Shown here piece by piece: positions 8,501 to 16,889 of a stretch of DNA of 29,255 bases (its first letter is position 1; each line of letters begins with the position of its first letter). A model generated the notes under the pieces. The model did not search any database, was not told where the DNA came from, and saw only the letters and a list, made by a program, of their open reading frames with translations. The translations under genes and the position numbers were made by a program. Origin of the DNA: a virus (lineage: Duplodnaviria > Caudoviricetes); the IMG/VR virus record IMGVR_UViG_3300021963_000493, positions 1-29,255 of that record; one strand, 5' to 3'.

Positions 8501-8612
8501 AGAGTATATCCCCGTCATAAACGTGAATGGAAACTGTATTACCGTCACAAAGTGTTATAGTGAGTGGATCAAATCCAGAAGCGGTAGTAAATAGCCAATT
8601 TGTACAAGCCAT
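5580..8612 (-). CDS. Large virion (baseplate/fibre-associated) protein: 4-Cys domain, PT linkers, InlB-B-like repeat, NHL/beta-propeller-like region
   Basis: 1010 aa; FNTPTEIKAYDDLVYVSDSNNSCVKVYN is NHL-like; end of the baseplate cluster. Confidence 0.85.
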   Translation of the reverse strand: MACTNWLFTTASGFDPLTITLCDGNTVSIHVYDGDILCTNDSGGTPPSSAGTGSWSYVSDCTPSPTPTPTPTVTPTPTVTPTLTPTPTVTPTPTPTPTVTPTVTPSSSTPGFLLSINGGQLGVTTTTGTGNYPAGQTRNFSATFAAGYQLDYWSTTPTITIVSQSTIGQTSYGSITMPAYAQSITPVGKLIPGVSPTPTPTPTVTPTPGTSPAPTPTVTPTPTVTPTVTPTPTVTPTPPPSPIPAQLSIYTPWVVALTGSPIWVESIYPISDKVTGYNIFYSANGALSSSYIASGDKENFLLYTYLSAAPGNSYYTVIANSTAGFTVLPRTLSNRLYIKNTLPTYNIDNYFDPVTQIPTLPYSLNNVLVGSNEWAVSDVINSSFSKLNDNFNYLSNIAQVLKLNNELSLIEWTAQLVNNDSILVSNTSAYSWRTNIDGLNWENTFDNISAVGIADGNIKDFKSYQFTNNSAPDYYNYIAFSSSGIVPSDHIQMRTNDWRHTLVLSATSLGSNIPSFNCISAIDVLNNQLYILDTDTIYRASVSIVPDNPSTSTLIAVSQVGGVSGTRTFNTGFNTPTEIKAYDDLVYVSDSNNSCVKVYNAALSWVKTLYVDALSSYSAERIEINRADENVYILGKTFAPVPPVITSLSAIGVVNVDTTVYRVIFVHDGLRLKDNTTNVLSAFALYGLLSGAQSYVQLTSAVMLSAAYSATPTVTYLAASGAKYTDFKIQALGNNNFNSDLSNSVPTPNNYYLASPYKVFVINPVGELVNSFDVPNNLEYVNAAYNIKSDTVINKMVIDPTGVFLYFITKDNIYKYLTSGTALNRITNPSKSSNSLGTSENIATGYIDDRLNFYVCADKRIFKYVDIPETLDLFDVDSINSLILPLSSININPNEFIQDWVYNKSIMRLLQNHEILYKAIKYKYNINLDRNGNLINTDGGASSFTVVGLSGIDLVVPFSVDQNFFIHSNEFVTSTVINRALTNIYALQNNMLALISPRVNRTLPQPNNDL
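7885..8040 (-). repeat. Pro/Thr coding repeat including a 30-nt tandem duplication and a C10 run
   Basis: GTAGGAGTAACAGTAGGGGTAGGGGTAACA x2 from 7903 on the + strand; G10 at 7894-7903. Confidence 0.85.
8295..8430 (-). repeat. Pro/Thr coding repeat (TPTPTV)
   Basis: Translation TPSPTPTPTPTVTPTPTVTP... Confidence 0.85.
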
Positions 8613-8613
8613 T

Positions 8614-8655
8614 TTAGTTTAGCCCCTTAGTGCTTGTAAAAAATAATGTTGCCAT
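8614..8655 (-). CDS. Candidate 13-aa leader ORF (MATLFFTSTKGLN)
   Basis: ATG 6 nt after TAAATA (8662-8667); its TAA ends 1 nt before the ATG at 8612. Confidence 0.3.
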   Translation of the reverse strand: MATLFFTSTKGLN

Positions 8656-8664
8656 TGTTTATAT

Positions 8665-11600
8665 TTACTCCCAGATTATAGAGAGCAATTGAGTATATGC
8701 AGGCGCTATATTGTTAACTGTGTTTCTAATGTTATTTTCTGCAATAGCCCGTACTGCTGGATCTGCAATACTTGAGTTTTTAATTTTTATGTTAAAATAT
8801 GGAGATTTAGAACCAGGCATTCTATGTAAGAAAAACCTCTCGATTTCTTCTATATATCCTCTAACAGGCGCATCTACTATCCAGGAAAGATTGTTAAATT
8901 GATTGTATTGATAGCTCTTAGAAATAGCGCGTATATCAGAGTTATTTAAAGCTATATTATAAAAGCGTATATCTGCTATTTTGCCACTATATGTATATGT
9001 TTCAGGAGTCTGTATCCACTCACTCAAAATACCGGTTTTAAAGCTACTTGTTCCTATATTTATTTGTGGGTTATTTTTATAATTGTATATACGATAAGAG
9101 ATACCAGTTGTAGGGTTTGTGTAGGTAGTTTGGTTAACTATGTTACCATCTACATAAAGCTTTGCAGTATCAACTTCATTATATGTTAAGGCAAAATGAT
9201 GCCAACCTACTGCTAGTCCGGATACACTATAATTTAATGTATAATATATAGGAACCGGTACTGCTAGAGTAGAGTCTTTTACAACAAGTTTAGCTTTAAT
9301 GCCTGGGGTGCTAATAGTTGGTTTAATGTACTTTCTTTGATAGTCAAAACCAGTACAATCACCACCAGGTAACAGCCCATTAACATAAAGCTTTTTAACT
9401 ACATTACCATCAGTATCTACTTTATAAATAGTTTGAGTTTTACCATCGAGTATTAAAGCATAATAAGAAATAGTACTATCTGCAGACTCTTGCGCAATAA
9501 AATTAATATTACGGATACTATATGGAGTTATAATACTATCCCCGGTATTAATTTGTTTACTCCAAAGAATCTTACCATCCGTATTAAGTTTGGCTAAAAA
9601 GTTAGTATTGTAGGTAACCCAGAGGTTATCCTCTTGATCGCAATTAATACATTCAGGGTTATTAACACTTAATATAGGTATATTATCTTTTGCTATAACC
9701 GACGCATTAGCCGCGGCCGCTTGAGTGCCATTGCCAGAGAGAGAGAATAACGTATTAGTGCTAGTTATACAAGCTTCCGTGCCTCTCCATTGCTCGTATC
9801 CACTTACTGCTGGAGTATATGATACGGGTATATTGCTATTATAATACCTAGGCGCGCCCGAAAGATCTACTGTAAAATTATTATAAGCGGTCGAGGTAAC
9901 TGAAGATACTAAACTTACTGTGGTAATACCTGAAGTAGCAGATAATACAAATTTATTATAAGTTACACTATTATTAGCTTTATGGTTTTTAAGTACTATA
10001 TAAGCATTACTAGTCGATGAGTCTTTATTAATTAAATACGCATTTACAAATTGAGTCGCTGAAAATAATGAAGTAGTGGTTAAAGATATACCATTTAAAG
10101 AGATCTTACTCGTTAATAAATCATCTGGGTCAAATGTAGATAAATAATGTGGAGAGTAATTATCAATTACATAGTAACTTTCATCGTAATTGCCTTTCAA
10201 CACAAACTCTGGAATTGCATAAGCACTTAAAGCAGGGGTGACGCCCGCAGAAGAAAATGTGGTATATGTTTCGTAGTTTAATAATGTAAGATCTGCGTTA
10301 AACGTACGAACTGTACCTGTACTTAAAGCGTGGTCATATGCCCCTACTGTAAAAAAGGGAGTCAAGATCGGAGTATTAACAAATATGCCCATACCACCAC
10401 CAAAGTAGTTACCAAGTATTTGATCTCCTTTTAAATTGCTCCAGTCATTATTGTAAGCAAAAAATGATAAAGTATTACCCTTGTTATTAGAGAAATCTTG
10501 CTCATTAGTATTTAAATAACCATACGTGTTGTTTATATTATAGTAAGGGGTTTTTACTGTTATATCAATTGCAGAGTTACTATTAGTAAAAGAAGGAATC
10601 TTACCAGCAGATAAAAAATTTACTTTATTAACTAAATTAGGGCCCCATTCGTTTATATGGTAAAGCAGTCCTGAAAGGCTGTTAACAGCACTTTCATTAT
10701 CAGTATCTCCAATTCTATGGTAATAATACAATACCCCAGGCTCCAGAGTTAACGCCGAAGGAGTATCCCATATTATATTGGGGTAATTATTTGTACTATT
10801 AGTTAATACAGCAGAAAGAGTCGTAATCGTAGTTAAATTAATACTAGTTATGTTTATATGCTTAGGATCATAATAACGATCTATCCAAACTGGTCTTGTA
10901 GTGGTATTTAAACTACCTTGAGAGTCGGTACCTGCTGACAACCAGGAACAAAAATACATACCATTTTGAGGTTTATTAGTACTATCCCCCCAGTTAGTGA
11001 AAGTTTTATAATTAGCTACTTTCTTAAATATTTTATCTGAACGAGCAGGAATAACATCAGCATATGCTCCATAATCAATTAAAGTGGAGGCCGATAATTT
11101 AAGAGTTTGAGTATCGTTAGGATAATGGAAATATGTACTACCGTCTTTAAAGAAATTAATTTTTGCTGTAGAAGCATTATAGCCTAAATATATTTTGTCG
11201 TGACCGGCAGTTTCATTTAACCCGGTATATATTTTAGTATAAGAACGTAGAGGCGCATCAAGTACTGCAGTCTGGTTATGCTCAGGAGAGTAATAGTTTT
11301 TTAATACTGCCGCGTTAGCGCTTAAACTTTGAGTGTCTGCTGAAAGGGTCTTAAATGCAGAGCTAATAAGGTAATTATATTTTAAGCTGCCTGAGGTATT
11401 GCTTATGTCTAAAGAGTTATTTGTTTTATTATATTTTACTGAATCAGATTGACCGGTTTTTTGTAGTTCATAACCAAAATTTTCATTATTAAATCTAGTA
11501 GCTTTAAAAATATTAGTAGCGGGTACTGTTAAGTCATTAGGAGAAGCTGCAGTCAAAGTCGCAAAATTTAAGCTTTTATTTAACCATTTGCCCGACATAA

Positions 11601-12147
11601 GCGGGTTTAAAGTGAGTAAAGACAAAGAGGACCCGCTCAATATATAATAATAAGTATAATAATTAGTATTAAGCAGAATTTCATTGCCTGAGATAGTATT
11701 AGTATTACTATTATTAATTAAATATAAATCAGTAGAAGTACCATCAGTATTATTAACAGTGTAAAATATCTGTACTTTATTAGCAGAAGCCGGGAAATAA
11801 AAATTAAATACAGTCGCGGAGTTTAAATTGGTAGTAGTAGAAATATTAGCACCAGTATTAACTGGGTCAGTTACGTAAAGATAGCTACCATCGCTGTTTT
11901 GTAATAAAGAACCATACACGTATTGCGAGGGGGAAGGTACAAAAACAGGATCAAAATAATCTTGAAGTTTAATACTATTAGTTAGTATTAATAATTGATC
12001 TTGATTAAGAGTTACATCTTTTGCGCTTAAAAGCGCTGGGGTGTTACTAAAGTTTAAAAGATCAAAGGTATATACCACACCACTATTCACGGATATATTA
12101 TCATCATAACCGTAATCGAGTATAATAGGTGCAGCGCTAAGAATCAT
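8665..12147 (-). CDS. Large virion structural protein with a C-terminal LamG/concanavalin A-like domain
   Basis: 1160 aa; GWHHFALTYN...KLYVDG...INIG...YSGKIADIRFYNIALNNSDI motif. Confidence 0.9.
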   Translation of the reverse strand: MILSAAPIILDYGYDDNISVNSGVVYTFDLLNFSNTPALLSAKDVTLNQDQLLILTNSIKLQDYFDPVFVPSPSQYVYGSLLQNSDGSYLYVTDPVNTGANISTTTNLNSATVFNFYFPASANKVQIFYTVNNTDGTSTDLYLINNSNTNTISGNEILLNTNYYTYYYILSGSSLSLLTLNPLMSGKWLNKSLNFATLTAASPNDLTVPATNIFKATRFNNENFGYELQKTGQSDSVKYNKTNNSLDISNTSGSLKYNYLISSAFKTLSADTQSLSANAAVLKNYYSPEHNQTAVLDAPLRSYTKIYTGLNETAGHDKIYLGYNASTAKINFFKDGSTYFHYPNDTQTLKLSASTLIDYGAYADVIPARSDKIFKKVANYKTFTNWGDSTNKPQNGMYFCSWLSAGTDSQGSLNTTTRPVWIDRYYDPKHINITSINLTTITTLSAVLTNSTNNYPNIIWDTPSALTLEPGVLYYYHRIGDTDNESAVNSLSGLLYHINEWGPNLVNKVNFLSAGKIPSFTNSNSAIDITVKTPYYNINNTYGYLNTNEQDFSNNKGNTLSFFAYNNDWSNLKGDQILGNYFGGGMGIFVNTPILTPFFTVGAYDHALSTGTVRTFNADLTLLNYETYTTFSSAGVTPALSAYAIPEFVLKGNYDESYYVIDNYSPHYLSTFDPDDLLTSKISLNGISLTTTSLFSATQFVNAYLINKDSSTSNAYIVLKNHKANNSVTYNKFVLSATSGITTVSLVSSVTSTAYNNFTVDLSGAPRYYNSNIPVSYTPAVSGYEQWRGTEACITSTNTLFSLSGNGTQAAAANASVIAKDNIPILSVNNPECINCDQEDNLWVTYNTNFLAKLNTDGKILWSKQINTGDSIITPYSIRNINFIAQESADSTISYYALILDGKTQTIYKVDTDGNVVKKLYVNGLLPGGDCTGFDYQRKYIKPTISTPGIKAKLVVKDSTLAVPVPIYYTLNYSVSGLAVGWHHFALTYNEVDTAKLYVDGNIVNQTTYTNPTTGISYRIYNYKNNPQINIGTSSFKTGILSEWIQTPETYTYSGKIADIRFYNIALNNSDIRAISKSYQYNQFNNLSWIVDAPVRGYIEEIERFFLHRMPGSKSPYFNIKIKNSSIADPAVRAIAENNIRNTVNNIAPAYTQLLSIIWE

Positions 12148-12154
12148 ATAGTTA

Positions 12155-12160
12155 TATTTA
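12155..12160 (-). promoter_or_regulatory. Late-type promoter TAAATA
   Basis: 7 nt before the ATG at 12147. Confidence 0.55.
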
Positions 12161-12174
12161 GTGGGAGGTTTAAA

Positions 12175-12396
12175 TTATGGTAGTATAGTAATGGTGTCAG
12201 ATTCTTTTACCTGTATATGCGCAACATCTGGATCTTGCGGGATTGCCCAAAGCTCTTGATCCCCATTAACAGGTTGTATACTGTGAACACCACGAATCGG
12301 CATAATAATACCATTAAGCGTAAGACAGAGTTTTCCTTCTTTTAAAGCAATTCTATTCGCTTGAATACTTTCGTGAATTTCGGTAAACGTTAACAT
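12175..12396 (-). CDS. Small hypothetical protein
   Basis: 73-aa ORF filling the gap between two structural genes on the same strand. Confidence 0.7.
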   Translation of the reverse strand: MLTFTEIHESIQANRIALKEGKLCLTLNGIIMPIRGVHSIQPVNGDQELWAIPQDPDVAHIQVKESDTITILP

Positions 12397-12407
12397 AAAG
12401 TTTAAAA

Positions 12408-14018
12408 TTAACAGCTCACAGTGCCGCCTGTAACGGTCTGGGAAGAACTAACTGTATTAACACGCGCGCATACTTCATCATATTGTCCTGGTATATAACC
12501 GCTAGACGATACTGAAATAACATTTCCAGCGCAACTAGTATAGGTATACGCTATAAGCCCCGTATCGTTATCAGCGTAGATTTGATATAAATAGCAGGGT
12601 ATTGGGGAAGGAGTAGGGGTAGGAGTTACGGTAGGTGTTATACTAGGTGTAGGAGACGGTGAAGATCCTGGAGTAGGGGCGGGAGTATTACTAGGAGTGA
12701 CAGAAGGCGTTACTGTGGGCGTTACAGAAGGAGTAACACTAGGAGTTGGTGGTACATAACAGTCTCCAACTCGAGTCCACGAACCAGAGTTACCAGGGTT
12801 AACAGGGAAAGGTTGCGATGCGTTCCAAAGACAAAGCTGGTCACCGCTATTTACGTTTTGAACTGTACCAGCGCCTTCGTTAACACAAAGGTAAACAGTT
12901 AAATTATCAACACCTGCCGTAGTATAATACTCGTACGTGTCGCATAACCCACTAGCCGGAGTAGGGGTAGGAGTTACTGTCGGGGTAGGTGTAGGGCTAG
13001 GCGGTGGTGGGGATAAGGAAGGAGTTACACTAGGTGTAACGGTAGGTGTTACCGTAGGCGTTATAGTTATACTTGGAGTTACGGTAGGTGTTATAGTTAC
13101 ACTAGGGGTAATGCTTGGAGTTATACTAGGGGTGATAGTAGGTGTAACACTAGGAGTAATAGTAGGTGTAATGGTAGGTGTAATAGTTATACTAGGGGTA
13201 ACTGTCGGAGTTACTGTCGGGGTTGGGGTGACACTAGGTGTGACAGTAACTGTAGGGGTTACCGTGGGGGTGACTGTAGGTGTTATAGTAACAGTAGGTG
13301 TTATAGTAGGAGTAACTGTAGGCGTTACTGTAGGTGTTACCGTGGGGGTGGGGGTAACGGTAGGTGTAACAGTAGGAGTGACAGTAGGAGTAACAGTGGG
13401 GGTAGGTGTTACTGTAACACTAGGTGTTATCGACGGAGTAACTGACGGTACCGGAAGATTAGGCTCAACTGGTTTAAAGACAGCAGCAGAAACTATATCG
13501 GACGTATTAAATAGTATTATTTGACTAGCAGAAAGACTTGTAATTTTGCCTTCAGCAACTATTATTTGATTATTATAAGTACTCCAAGCTCTACTTTTAA
13601 TTAAATGTACTGTATTAAAAACACTGTCGCTACCAGCAGCTAATGGGGTTTTAGTTAACCAAGGACTTGAAGTATAAGCATCAATAGTATATACCACTAT
13701 TTCTAAGCTTGGAATAAGAGTAGCGGAGACTGTTATAGTGGTTATAGTTTGACCGGAAACCGAATTATAAAAAGTATAAGGAAAATTACTGCGGCTGTCA
13801 ACATTATTTGGATTTGCTAAAGCGGCAGCTAGAGAGTAGTATGTGTACTGTTTAATATAACTAGCCCCGCCAGATAGCCCATAGGTAATATTACCTATAA
13901 CATTAGTACCAACATCCATAGCGCTCGGCTGAAATACTATTGTAAATGGTGCCGTCCCGCTTATATTAGTAAGCGAGTTTCTTGCAGAAGTTGGAAATGT
14001 AAATGTGGTGACAGACAT
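12408..14018 (-). CDS. Virion-associated protein with long Pro/Thr stalks and two 4-Cys domains
   Basis: 536 aa; TAATG overlap with the upstream gene; beta-rich N-domain, ~165-aa PT tract, Cys domain, ~50-aa PT tract, Cys domain. Confidence 0.85.
   Translation of the reverse strand: MSVTTFTFPTSARNSLTNISGTAPFTIVFQPSAMDVGTNVIGNITYGLSGGASYIKQYTYYSLAAALANPNNVDSRSNFPYTFYNSVSGQTITTITVSATLIPSLEIVVYTIDAYTSSPWLTKTPLAAGSDSVFNTVHLIKSRAWSTYNNQIIVAEGKITSLSASQIILFNTSDIVSAAVFKPVEPNLPVPSVTPSITPSVTVTPTPTVTPTVTPTVTPTVTPTPTVTPTVTPTVTPTITPTVTITPTVTPTVTPTVTVTPSVTPTPTVTPTVTPSITITPTITPTITPSVTPTITPSITPSITPSVTITPTVTPSITITPTVTPTVTPSVTPSLSPPPPSPTPTPTVTPTPTPASGLCDTYEYYTTAGVDNLTVYLCVNEGAGTVQNVNSGDQLCLWNASQPFPVNPGNSGSWTRVGDCYVPPTPSVTPSVTPTVTPSVTPSNTPAPTPGSSPSPTPSITPTVTPTPTPSPIPCYLYQIYADNDTGLIAYTYTSCAGNVISVSSSGYIPGQYDEVCARVNTVSSSQTVTGGTVSC
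12600..12752 (-). repeat. Pro/Thr/Ser coding repeat
   Basis: PPTPSVTPSVTPTVTPSVTP... translation. Confidence 0.8.
12960..13450 (-). repeat. Degenerate 12-nt coding repeat giving TP(T/S)(V/I) tetrads
   Basis: ~165 aa of TPTV/TPSI/TPSV units with varied synonymous codons. Confidence 0.9.
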
Positions 14019-15505
14019 TACGCGTTTATTTTATAGTTAATAAGATTTGCTTGCTGACTTACTCCTGAAAAAGAAATAAAAGTGGTTAAGTAAAGTTTAG
14101 TATCTTCGTTATAGCAAAACACCGGCGCTTCCATATAACTTACATTAGAAAGCGGGTAAACATATTCAGTAAAATCAGTATCATTAGTTGGGTATATTCT
14201 TACCCGTTCCTGGGGATTATTAAGATCTAGTCTATACAATACTGGTACTATAAAGCTTGAAAGCCCGCTGGTACTGATAATAGAGGTACTAGTACCACTT
14301 AAAGTAGTAGAGAGTAATGTACAAATAGTTATAAGCTTTTCATTACCACTATACCAGTTACCACCGTAATAAGTGATTGCAGTAGATCCAGGGATACCGT
14401 ATATAGAATTTAAAGTTTGAGTGGATAGGGCGTTACTGTTGGTATTGCCTATATTAAGAGCTTGAAAGTTTTGTAAAGATTGCTCAATAGTATAGTTATT
14501 GTAATTAAAAGTAATTTTTTCGTATAGTATAGAGCTTGATAGTTGTATTACTAAAGTATCAAAGAACACTTCAAAATTAATAATATTATTACCGGTTAAT
14601 TGGCTATAATCAGTGATACTGTTTTTATGGGCATTATATATTAAATTTAACCCAGAAGGTGCGAGACTTATAGTATCATCAATAGTCTTAACCCATAACA
14701 AACCAGTTGCTGTGGTAGAGTCATATAAAGAGTGTGGGTTGGTTATAGTTTTATAAAGCGCGTACTGATTACCAAATACATCAGTGTTCCAGGAATACAA
14801 TTCTTTACCAGTAGTGGTTACTAATCCTTGTATCCGGGAAGCTAAATCAAAATACTTTTCTGGGGTTAATTTAGTAGCACTATTAGACTCCGTCCAAGTT
14901 TGTTTTTTATCCCCATGCCAAAATTCAAAATCATTACGAGCATTTACCACCCCGTTACTATCTGATTTTCTGGTCTCATATACTGATTGATATGGTAAGA
15001 ATTTTTGAAAGGTGTCTGTATTAATAATATTACCATTATAATACTCAGATACATTACTAGCTTTGATCCAGTCTATGTTAATGAGGTGATCTATTACGTT
15101 CCCTTGGTCCTTTTGGGTTAATCCGCGGCCTTTATTAAATCTCGTTGGTTCAATGAAGTGATACACTTCCCCATTTTTTATTTGATCCGAATTAAACGTG
15201 TAAGTTATGTTTTTAGCAAGGTACTGAGACGCGCCTAAATTACTTGGCACAAAATATCCCCCTAACTGGGCGCGGGTCATTAAGTTAATGCCTTTATTAG
15301 GAATACCTGCTACAGTAGGATAATACCGATTAGATAGATTACTATATGGTGATAAAGCAGTTACACTAGCAGATACAATACCGCTATTAGTACCAGAAAC
15401 AATATATACATCATTAGCTAAATACTTTTGAGATAAGGTATTAAGATAAGAGTCTATCTGGCTTTGTGTAGTAGCAGTATCTACAACTGTGTTGCTGGTG
15501 GACAT
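14018..15505 (-). CDS. Baseplate-cluster structural protein (hypothetical)
   Basis: 495-aa ORF, N/T/S/Y-rich like its neighbours. Confidence 0.85.
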   Translation of the reverse strand: MSTSNTVVDTATTQSQIDSYLNTLSQKYLANDVYIVSGTNSGIVSASVTALSPYSNLSNRYYPTVAGIPNKGINLMTRAQLGGYFVPSNLGASQYLAKNITYTFNSDQIKNGEVYHFIEPTRFNKGRGLTQKDQGNVIDHLINIDWIKASNVSEYYNGNIINTDTFQKFLPYQSVYETRKSDSNGVVNARNDFEFWHGDKKQTWTESNSATKLTPEKYFDLASRIQGLVTTTGKELYSWNTDVFGNQYALYKTITNPHSLYDSTTATGLLWVKTIDDTISLAPSGLNLIYNAHKNSITDYSQLTGNNIINFEVFFDTLVIQLSSSILYEKITFNYNNYTIEQSLQNFQALNIGNTNSNALSTQTLNSIYGIPGSTAITYYGGNWYSGNEKLITICTLLSTTLSGTSTSIISTSGLSSFIVPVLYRLDLNNPQERVRIYPTNDTDFTEYVYPLSNVSYMEAPVFCYNEDTKLYLTTFISFSGVSQQANLINYKINA

Positions 15506-15514
15506 TACTATTAT

Positions 15515-15520
15515 TATTTA
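15515..15520 (-). promoter_or_regulatory. Late-type promoter TAAATA
   Basis: 9 nt before the ATG at 15505. Confidence 0.5.
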
Positions 15521-15554
15521 TCACCAGAACATCAACTGCCAACACTTTAAACTA

Positions 15555-16886
15555 TTAAAGTAACAACCAACTTGTTCCATTACTATATACTGCTCTTACT
15601 ACCGCGCCTGATCCTGTGGGGGTAGTACCTAAACTTGTACCGGCAGCTTGGTTTGCGTCTGTAACAAAAGCTATGCCATACGCGTATGCGTTTGCAGCAG
15701 GTAAACCACTAACAGTATAACTTGCAAATATTGTTGGTGCAAATGCAGCTACTAAGAATCCTCTCATTATCTCTACATTTGCAGTAGTAGAGCTGGTAGC
15801 AATCATTACTGGTTTTGAAACGCTACCCGCAGTAGTAGGCTCTACTGATACTGCGGAACCTGCTACAGTGTCTGATAGAAAATAAACTTGACTATCGACT
15901 AGTCCTGTAAAACCTGCAACTGGGCCAGAATATATTACAGTAAAATTAGATCCTGTGGCTGATTCTATAATGCCAACTACTTCTGCGTTTGCAGCTGAAT
16001 CGGCTTGAGCAAGGGCCCAGCCACCTGAAGTCTTTTTAATTATATTACCAGCAGCAAACGAGTTACTATAGGTTACTGCTTCTTTTGCGCCGGCGCCACT
16101 ATACCCCGAAATGCCTGAATAACCTGATGTACTCGAGTAACCTGAAATGCCTGAATAGCCGGAATAGCCTGAGTATCCTGAAATACCTGAATAACCAGAA
16201 TACCCTGAAATGCCGGAGTAACCAGAATACCCAGAAATACCTGAGTACCCTGAATAACCAGAAATACCTGAGTACCCTGAATAACCAGAAATACCGGAGT
16301 AACCAGAATATCCTGAAATGCCGGAATAGCCTGAAATGCCTGAGTAACCAGACGTACTTGAGTAACCAGATATACCGGAATAACCTGAGTAACCAGATAT
16401 ACCGGAATAACCTGAGTAACCAGATATACCGGAATAACCTGAGTAACCAGAATACCCTGAAACGCCGGAGTAACCAGAATACCCTGAATAGCCTGAAATG
16501 CCTGAGTAGCCTGAAATGCCTGAGTAACCTGAAATGCCTGAGTAACCTGATGCGCTCGAGTATCCTGAAATGCCTGAGTAACCTGAAATGCCTGAGTATC
16601 CTGAAATACCTGAATACCCTGAATAACCAGAATAGCCTGATGCAGCGGCGCCACCAGTCGGTCCAGAGTATCCTGAAGTCCCAGAATAACCAGAATAGCC
16701 TGATCTACCAGAAATACCTGAACCAGAGTATCCTGACGGGCCGCTATAGCCACTAGGCCCTGAGTAACCAGACGTGCCAGAATAACCACTATAACCAGAA
16801 GCATTGCCGCTATACCCGGACGAGCCGGAGTAACCGCTGACCGCGGGCGGTATTAACATATTGGAGCTTATTTTTACTAAGGCCAT
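15555..16886 (-). CDS. Fibre-like protein with a (Ser-Gly-Tyr/Ile)n repeat and C-terminal globular modules
   Basis: 443 aa; ~250 aa with Gly at nearly every third residue; C-terminal YTVSGLPAA...AFVTDA...VYSNGTSW resembles fibre-tip modules. Confidence 0.85.
   Translation of the reverse strand: MALVKISSNMLIPPAVSGYSGSSGYSGNASGYSGYSGTSGYSGPSGYSGPSGYSGSGISGRSGYSGYSGTSGYSGPTGGAAASGYSGYSGYSGISGYSGISGYSGISGYSSASGYSGISGYSGISGYSGISGYSGYSGYSGVSGYSGYSGYSGISGYSGYSGISGYSGYSGISGYSSTSGYSGISGYSGISGYSGYSGISGYSGYSGISGYSGYSGISGYSGYSGISGYSGYSGISGYSGYSGYSGISGYSSTSGYSGISGYSGAGAKEAVTYSNSFAAGNIIKKTSGGWALAQADSAANAEVVGIIESATGSNFTVIYSGPVAGFTGLVDSQVYFLSDTVAGSAVSVEPTTAGSVSKPVMIATSSTTANVEIMRGFLVAAFAPTIFASYTVSGLPAANAYAYGIAFVTDANQAAGTSLGTTPTGSGAVVRAVYSNGTSWLLL
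16090..16841 (-). repeat. 9-nt-period coding repeat (SGY/SGI) including a perfect 27-nt unit x3.4
   Basis: TGAGTAACCAGATATACCGGAATAACC at 16359, 16386 and 16413, partial at 16440. Confidence 0.95.
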
Positions 16887-16889
16887 ATT

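Noticed and set aside
12937-13524. 195-aa GV-rich ORF on + (also 7885-8076)
   Set aside because: Antisense shadows of the Pro/Thr tracts
16359-16451. 27-nt direct repeats as a CRISPR array
   Set aside because: Head-to-tail with no spacers and in frame within a CDS
16073-16804. Long alternative-frame ORFs (243 aa on -, 223 aa on +) over the SGY repeat
   Set aside because: The 9-nt periodicity keeps these frames stop-free; they span only the repeat
5580-16886. Diversity-generating retroelement or invertible tail-fibre shufflon
   Set aside because: No reverse transcriptase, recombinase, adenine-specific TR/VR pair or flanking inverted repeats seen; the Cys-domain copies are similar only at protein level
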